Under the pieces are notes generated by a model. The model was not told where the DNA came from. It searched no databases and worked only from the letters and a program-made list of their open reading frames with translations. The position numbers were made by a program, and so were the translations under genes. Below are positions 27,355 to 32,000 of a stretch of DNA of 32,000 nt, in pieces (positions within the stretch are counted from its first letter, which is position 1; every line of letters begins with the position of its first letter). Origin of the DNA: Demequinaceae bacterium (GTDB lineage Bacteria; Actinomycetota; Actinomycetes; Actinomycetales; Demequinaceae). The DNA lies in assembly GCA_965250005.1 (NCBI GenBank), contig OZ252279.1, positions 1,050,001-1,082,000 on the forward strand, in the 5' to 3' direction.

Positions 27355-28237
27355 GTCCTGCCCCTCGCATCGCGGCACCAATAGCCGCGATGGGCAGTTT
27401 CGCGTCAAGCAGACGCATGCGCTCGCCAAGCGCCACCGACGTGAGAAACGCGGAGCGCGCCTCCCACGCGGCTATCTTCCGTCGGGCGCCCTCCAGCAGC
27501 GGTTCGCCGATGCCCACGAGGCCGCCGCCTATGACGACCTCCTCGACGTCGAGAGTCAGTACAAGTAGTCGCACCGCGGACGCCACGCCAAAGTAGAGGC
27601 GGTCGCGAATCCGTCCCGCGAGTTCGTCGGTTTCTGCCGTCGCAAGTACCTCTGTCGCGGTGGTGCCGCCGCCGGCCTGGCGGACGATTCCGCTCCCTGC
27701 TGCGTAGGTCTCGAGGCATCCGTGGAGCCCATCGGCGTCGACCGGACCGGCGGGGTCAACCGCCACGTAGCCAATCTCACCGGCGGCACCGTTCGCGCCG
27801 CGCCAAATCTTCCCGTCGAGCACGATTCCGGCGGCGAGCCCCGTCCCGATGTTCAAGTACGCAACGGAGCGGCTACCGTTGCGCGCCAAGATCCAAGCGC
27901 CCACGGCGGCGGCGTTCACGTCGTTGTCAACCACTGGCCGCATGCCCCAGGTCGCAGCGAGCGCGCTTCCCAGGTCAAGCCGCTCAATGCCCAGGTTGAG
28001 CGCGTGGGTGACGACGCCGTCGTCAACCCCGCCAGGTATGCCCACGCCAATGGACGCGGCTTGGGACGGGTTGATCCCAGCGGCGTCGCATACATTCGCC
28101 ATCGCTTCAGCTGCTGTCGCGAGCACAACGTCGGGACCGTGGCCGGTGTCGAGGCGGTGCCGGTGAAGGACCGCTCCCTCCCCGTCGGTGATGACGGCGT
28201 CCGTCTTGGTGCCGCCGATGTCGAGCCCGATGTGCAC
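27347..28237 (-). CDS. ROK family sugar kinase (putative GlcNAc/amino-sugar kinase)
   Basis: IGLDIGGTKTDAVI, VVDNDVNAAAVGAW, YLNIGTGLAAGIVLDG, GAAGEIGYVAVDP...GCLETYAAG. GTG start at 28237. Confidence 0.88.
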   Translation of the reverse strand: MHIGLDIGGTKTDAVITDGEGAVLHRHRLDTGHGPDVVLATAAEAMANVCDAAGINPSQAASIGVGIPGGVDDGVVTHALNLGIERLDLGSALAATWGMRPVVDNDVNAAAVGAWILARNGSRSVAYLNIGTGLAAGIVLDGKIWRGANGAAGEIGYVAVDPAGPVDADGLHGCLETYAAGSGIVRQAGGGTTATEVLATAETDELAGRIRDRLYFGVASAVRLLVLTLDVEEVVIGGGLVGIGEPLLEGARRKIAAWEARSAFLTSVALGERMRLLDAKLPIAAIGAAMRGAGRG

Positions 28238-28239
28238 GG

Positions 28240-29682
28240 TCAGTTTCCGATCGTGGTGAGGAGGGCGGTTCCCACAAGGCGGGAGGAGCCAAAAGTGGCG
28301 ATGTCCGCATATGCGAGGGTCGGCTCTGGCCAGCCCATGTCGACCACGATCACGTCGCCGCGCTCGCGGAGGGCATCGATCGCTCCACGCGCGAAGGCGT
28401 GGCGGTGATTGTCCTTGCCGACAATCACCGGCAGGTGGCCTTCCGGCACTGCGGCCACGAGCTTGCTTGTGTCACCGTCCTCACCAAGGCTCGCCAGCGG
28501 TACCAGTTCTTCACCGAATGGGCCCCAAGGCGAGGCGCCGACGGCGATGTTCGCTGCCGGCTCGAGCCGCAGCCAGGCGACGGGTCGACCCTCGGCCAGC
28601 GCAGCACGCACGTGCGGAGCAACGGTGAAGGCGGCGGCGACCTGCTCCGCACCCAGGCCGTTCACCGCACCTAGGATCAGGGACGCGGGCACGGGGGTGT
28701 CGGCACGCCCGTTCGCCAAGCGGGACCCGAGTTCGCGGACGCGCGCACCCGCATCCTGCAGGCGGCCGGCGTCTAGCTCACCAGCAGCAATCGCCACGTC
28801 GAGCGCTGCGGCGATCTCGCCCACTTGTTCGTCCGTGTTCTCAGTTCCGATGCACAGCAGGTCGCAGCCGCCCGCGACGGCGAGTACGGCGGCGGCTGGG
28901 ATGCCGCGCCCGGCGCTCGCGCCCGCCATGTCCAGCGCGTCGGAGACGATAACGCCCTCGAAACCGAACTCCTCGCGAAGCAGCCCCTGGAGTATGGGTG
29001 ACGAGAACGTTGCGGGCAGTTCTGGATCGAGCGCGGGAACCATGATGTGCGACGTCATAATCGTGTCTGTGCCAGCCTCGATCACCGCGCGAAACGGTGC
29101 GAGCTCGCGCTCGCGCACGTGCGCCTCCGTGCCCGTCACGGTCGGTAGGTCCACGTGGGAGTCCTGCGCTGTGTCGCCGTGTCCAGGGAAGTGCTTGGCG
29201 CTCGCGGCGACGCCGGTCGACTGGACACCCTTGACCCACGCGGCGCCCTGCTCCCCCACGACGGCGGCGTCGTCGCCAAAACTACGTACGCCGATCACGG
29301 GGTTGAGGGGATTCGAGTTGACGTCAACGTCAGGCGCAAGGCACAACGACACGCCCACATCGCGCAACTCCCACCCCACCTGTTCGCCGACACTCTCCGT
29401 AAGGGAGGCGTCCGCGAGCCTGCCGAGCACCGCGTTTCCCGGGAACGGCGATCCACTGTGCTGATAAAGGCGAGAGACGTCGCCCCCTTCTTCATCAACA
29501 GCAATGATTGCGTGCGGGTTGGCAGCGTAGATGGAATCCGTAAGTTCTCGCAATTGCTGCGGCGAACTAACATTTGTGCCGAAGAGGCACACTCCACCCA
29601 GTCCGCTGCGTAGTCGGCGCGCGAGCCAGTCAGGAAGCTCAAGTCCGACAAAGCCGGGCATAAGCACAGTCAAATGGCTCAT
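28240..29682 (-). CDS. Glycoside hydrolase family 3 (beta-N-acetylhexosaminidase/NagZ-like), predicted cytoplasmic
   Basis: AVDEEGGDVSRL, LAPDVDVNSNPLNPVIGVRSFG, ASAKHFPGHGDTAQDSHVDLP, VIVSDALDMAG. No signal peptide. ATGA overlap with the upstream permease. Confidence 0.88.
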   Translation of the reverse strand: MSHLTVLMPGFVGLELPDWLARRLRSGLGGVCLFGTNVSSPQQLRELTDSIYAANPHAIIAVDEEGGDVSRLYQHSGSPFPGNAVLGRLADASLTESVGEQVGWELRDVGVSLCLAPDVDVNSNPLNPVIGVRSFGDDAAVVGEQGAAWVKGVQSTGVAASAKHFPGHGDTAQDSHVDLPTVTGTEAHVRERELAPFRAVIEAGTDTIMTSHIMVPALDPELPATFSSPILQGLLREEFGFEGVIVSDALDMAGASAGRGIPAAAVLAVAGGCDLLCIGTENTDEQVGEIAAALDVAIAAGELDAGRLQDAGARVRELGSRLANGRADTPVPASLILGAVNGLGAEQVAAAFTVAPHVRAALAEGRPVAWLRLEPAANIAVGASPWGPFGEELVPLASLGEDGDTSKLVAAVPEGHLPVIVGKDNHRHAFARGAIDALRERGDVIVVDMGWPEPTLAYADIATFGSSRLVGTALLTTIGN

Positions 29683-30518
29683 CCCTTAACTGCACCACCC
29701 ACGAGCCCGGCAGTCATGCGGCCCTGGACGAACATGAAGAAGATGATAACGGGCACGGCGACAAGCGCCGACGCCGCCATCACTTCTCCCCAGTTGGTCG
29801 TATTGATGGCCGATTCTGAGATGTACGAGCGCAGCCACAAGGGCAGCGTCTGAGCGTCACCCGCGGGAAGCAGGATCAGCGCGATCGCAAATTCGTTCCA
29901 CGCCTGCAGGAACGCGTACACGCCCGACGCTACGAGCCCGGGAGCGAGCAGCGGGAACGTGATGCGCATAAAGGCTTGGTTGCGGGTGAGCCCGTCGACC
30001 ATGCCTGCTTCCTCAAGCTCAGCGGGGACACTGAGCACGAATCCGCGCAGCATCCACACCGTGAACGGCAGCACCGCAGCGGTGTAGATGATCGTGACGC
30101 CGATGACCGTGTTGAGCATGCCAAGTGACGCGATCATCTTGTATTGGGCGATGAACAGTGCCTCGGCGGGCAGCATCTGCACAATGAGGACGACGAGCAA
30201 GAATGACCGCCGGCCACGGAAGCGGAACCGAGAGATGGCGAGCGCGGCGAAAAACGCGAATACAATCGCGACCAAAACGGTGATCCCCGTAATCGCCGCA
30301 GAATTTCCGAGCGCGTTGAGGAAGCCGGAACTGAAGATGACGGTTCGGAAGTTGTCGAAGTCTCCCCCGAACGGCACGAAGGTGGGTTCGAGGCGAGTAA
30401 GCGTGCCCTGTGACAGGAAAGACGAATTGATCATCCAATAGACGGGGAACGCCCAGCCGAGGGCAACGGCGATCGCGAAGCCTCCAACAATGAGGCGGGT
30501 CTTGGGTCGACGAATCAT
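29679..30518 (-). CDS. Carbohydrate ABC transporter permease (MalG type)
   Basis: EAA-type loop EEAGMVDGLTRNQAFMRITFPLLAPGL, multiple TM helices. Confidence 0.92.
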   Translation of the reverse strand: MIRRPKTRLIVGGFAIAVALGWAFPVYWMINSSFLSQGTLTRLEPTFVPFGGDFDNFRTVIFSSGFLNALGNSAAITGITVLVAIVFAFFAALAISRFRFRGRRSFLLVVLIVQMLPAEALFIAQYKMIASLGMLNTVIGVTIIYTAAVLPFTVWMLRGFVLSVPAELEEAGMVDGLTRNQAFMRITFPLLAPGLVASGVYAFLQAWNEFAIALILLPAGDAQTLPLWLRSYISESAINTTNWGEVMAASALVAVPVIIFFMFVQGRMTAGLVGGAVKG

Positions 30519-31486
30519 GCTTGCTCGTCCTCCTTAAGTAGCTGACGGACGTAAGCCCAACTGAGCCCGATCGTAATAAACATGACGATGATGGCTGCGG
30601 CCGACGCGAGCCCGAAATCTTGGGCTCCGGTTCCGAGTTTGTAGATGTAGGTGCCAAGGAGGTCATACCGCGAGCCGAACGACCCGGCATCTTGCAGAAG
30701 TGTGATCTGCGCAAAGACGCGAAGGTCCCAAATGAGTTGCAGCAGAAACACGATCGCGAGCACGGGGCGAATGATGGGCAGCATGATCAGCCGGAGCATC
30801 TTCCAGCCGTTTGCGCCGTCGATCTGCGCAGCCTCCAAGATCTCTTCGTTCACCGTTGTAAATCCGGCGTAGACGGAGAACGCGACAAAGGGCACGGACG
30901 CCCAGACAATGATCATCGAGGCGACCATGAAGAAACTCCACGGTTCCACGAGCCAGTCATGACCAATCATGTCTACACCCGGGATGAGGCTAAGCAGGTG
31001 GTTGAATACGCCGTTACGTTTGTCTACCAACCATGTCCACACGGTCAGTTGAGCGACGATGGGCATGGCCCAAGCCAGCAGCATGGCGATCTGAAGAGTG
31101 ATGCGGGGCACGCGCGAGACGGCGCGCATGAGAACTGCGAGGCCGATCCCGAGGGCCATGGTCACGGTGGCTGTTGCCAGTGTGAAGGCAACGGATTTGG
31201 CGGTGATAAACCAGAATTCTCCGCCCGTAATGAGTTCTACGTAGTTCTGGAAGCCGACCCACGGCGCGGGCTGGCCAAACTGTTGCGAGAGACCGAACTC
31301 TTTGAAGGAGGTCACGATCTGCCAGATGAGTGGGTAGCCGGTGCCGACCAGCAGGATAATCGAGGCGCCGATGAGCAGCAGGTACGGGGTCTTCACGCGG
31401 CGCTTTTCGTTCTTGCGGCGGTTGTTTAGATTTTCCTCGGCGGCGACATCCTTTGTGCGGGACGGGCTGGCGGTGGGAGTGCCCAT
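30515..31486 (-). CDS. Carbohydrate ABC transporter permease (MalF type)
   Basis: EAA loop EAAQIDGANGWKMLRLIMLPIIRPVLAIVFLLQ, TM helices, ATGA-type overlap with the next permease. Confidence 0.92.
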   Translation of the reverse strand: MGTPTASPSRTKDVAAEENLNNRRKNEKRRVKTPYLLLIGASIILLVGTGYPLIWQIVTSFKEFGLSQQFGQPAPWVGFQNYVELITGGEFWFITAKSVAFTLATATVTMALGIGLAVLMRAVSRVPRITLQIAMLLAWAMPIVAQLTVWTWLVDKRNGVFNHLLSLIPGVDMIGHDWLVEPWSFFMVASMIIVWASVPFVAFSVYAGFTTVNEEILEAAQIDGANGWKMLRLIMLPIIRPVLAIVFLLQLIWDLRVFAQITLLQDAGSFGSRYDLLGTYIYKLGTGAQDFGLASAAAIIVMFITIGLSWAYVRQLLKEDEQA

Positions 31487-31542
31487 ATTCCTACTCCTCC
31501 TTCCTTGATGATGAGAGGGGAAAGTTTGGTGTATTACACCCA

Positions 31543-31575
31543 GGTCGGGCCGCGGTTTTTGGCCGCGGCCCGACC
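31543..31575 (-). terminator. Strong intercistronic stem-loop between binding-protein and permease genes
   Basis: Perfect 13-bp inverted repeat GGTCGGGCCGCGG-N7-CCGCGGCCCGACC just after the binding-protein stop. Confidence 0.7.
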
Positions 31576-31596
31576 CGAGATAGTTCCTCTTGGCTA

Positions 31597-32000
31597 CTAG
31601 CCGTTGAGGAGCGGGTTGATCTTTTCGTCGTACTCGCTAGCGAGGTCGGCGATGTTTCCACCGTCGGCAACCGCCTGGAAGAACTCTTCCAGGAATCCGG
31701 AGCCTTCGACGGCAGCCCATCCGGGCGCTGCCGGGGTGAGCTTCGACACGAGTGCCGTGTCCCAAGCGATCTGACGGAAGTCGTCAGTCACGAAGGACGC
31801 TTCAGCGGACGAGTTGGCCGGGCCAAGCCCGTTCTCGCCAAGCATCGCCTGGAAGTCGTCAGAGAAGATGATGCGCAGTAGTTCGCGCGCACCCTCCTGG
31901 TTCTGCGACGCAGCGGAGATACCAATGTTGGATCCACCAGCGAACACCGGCGCAAGGCCGCCGTCCACACCAGGCAGGCCATAGGCGCCATTCACAGCGT
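31597..32000 (-). CDS. Extracellular sugar-binding protein of ABC transporter (C-terminal part, cut by window edge)
   Basis: GLPGVDGGLAPVFAGGSNIGISAASQNQEGARELLRIIFSDDFQAMLGENGLGP..., typical C-terminal region of carbohydrate-binding proteins; position upstream of two permeases; ORF open at the right edge. Confidence 0.85.
   Translation of the reverse strand, partial: AVNGAYGLPGVDGGLAPVFAGGSNIGISAASQNQEGARELLRIIFSDDFQAMLGENGLGPANSSAEASFVTDDFRQIAWDTALVSKLTPAAPGWAAVEGSGFLEEFFQAVADGGNIADLASEYDEKINPLLNG

Noticed and set aside
28409-29464. 351-aa plus-strand ORF antisense to the GH3 gene
   Set aside because: Low-complexity Ser/Ala/Pro/Arg composition; opposite a convincing GH3 with catalytic motifs.
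30620-31429. 269-aa plus-strand ORF antisense to the permease
   Set aside because: Complement of TM-encoding codons; no domain features.
1-32000. Search for a defence island, prophage, transposon, BGC or CRISPR
   Set aside because: No integrase, transposase, Cas, toxin-antitoxin, phage structural or biosynthetic genes seen; almost all ORFs belong to core metabolism, repair or transport families. AdnAB was considered as defence-related but matches the housekeeping end-resection nuclease.

Overview
High-GC actinobacterial-type chromosomal window. It looks like housekeeping DNA, with no sign of phage, transposon, integron, CRISPR or rRNA/tRNA. Supported content, left to right: APH-fold phosphotransferase-like protein (+); AdnAB-type motor-nuclease pair (-, ATGA-coupled); DUF3152-like secreted/anchored putative metalloprotease (-); DUF3107 small protein (+); decayed gluconokinase fragment (-); DEAD-box RNA helicase with Gly/Ser/Arg tail (+); PHP phosphoesterase (-) divergent from an FMN-reductase/flavodoxin-like protein (+); M24B Xaa-Pro aminopeptidase, MgtE_N/CBS protein, DUF1003 protein and Mrp-type ATPase (+); small membrane protein (-); galactokinase (+) overlapping xthA (-); DUF2142-like membrane protein, folD and glyA (-), with a ZTP (pfl) riboswitch upstream of glyA; membrane protein and GNAT (-); purU (+); and an amino-sugar operon on the minus strand (binding protein, two permeases, GH3, ROK kinase, nagB, nagA), cut by the right edge. 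I did not find a convincing undescribed multi-gene system. The best second-look items are: (1) the ZTP riboswitch, whose conserved CCUGGGUC core is complementary to the glyA Shine-Dalgarno region; (2) a repeated TANNNT-N6-(A/G)TG layout implying several leaderless mRNAs; (3) substituted catalytic or metal motifs in the APH-like, DUF3152-like and ROK proteins; (4) a gntK relic missed by the ORF track; (5) a compact NagA lacking its flanking domain.
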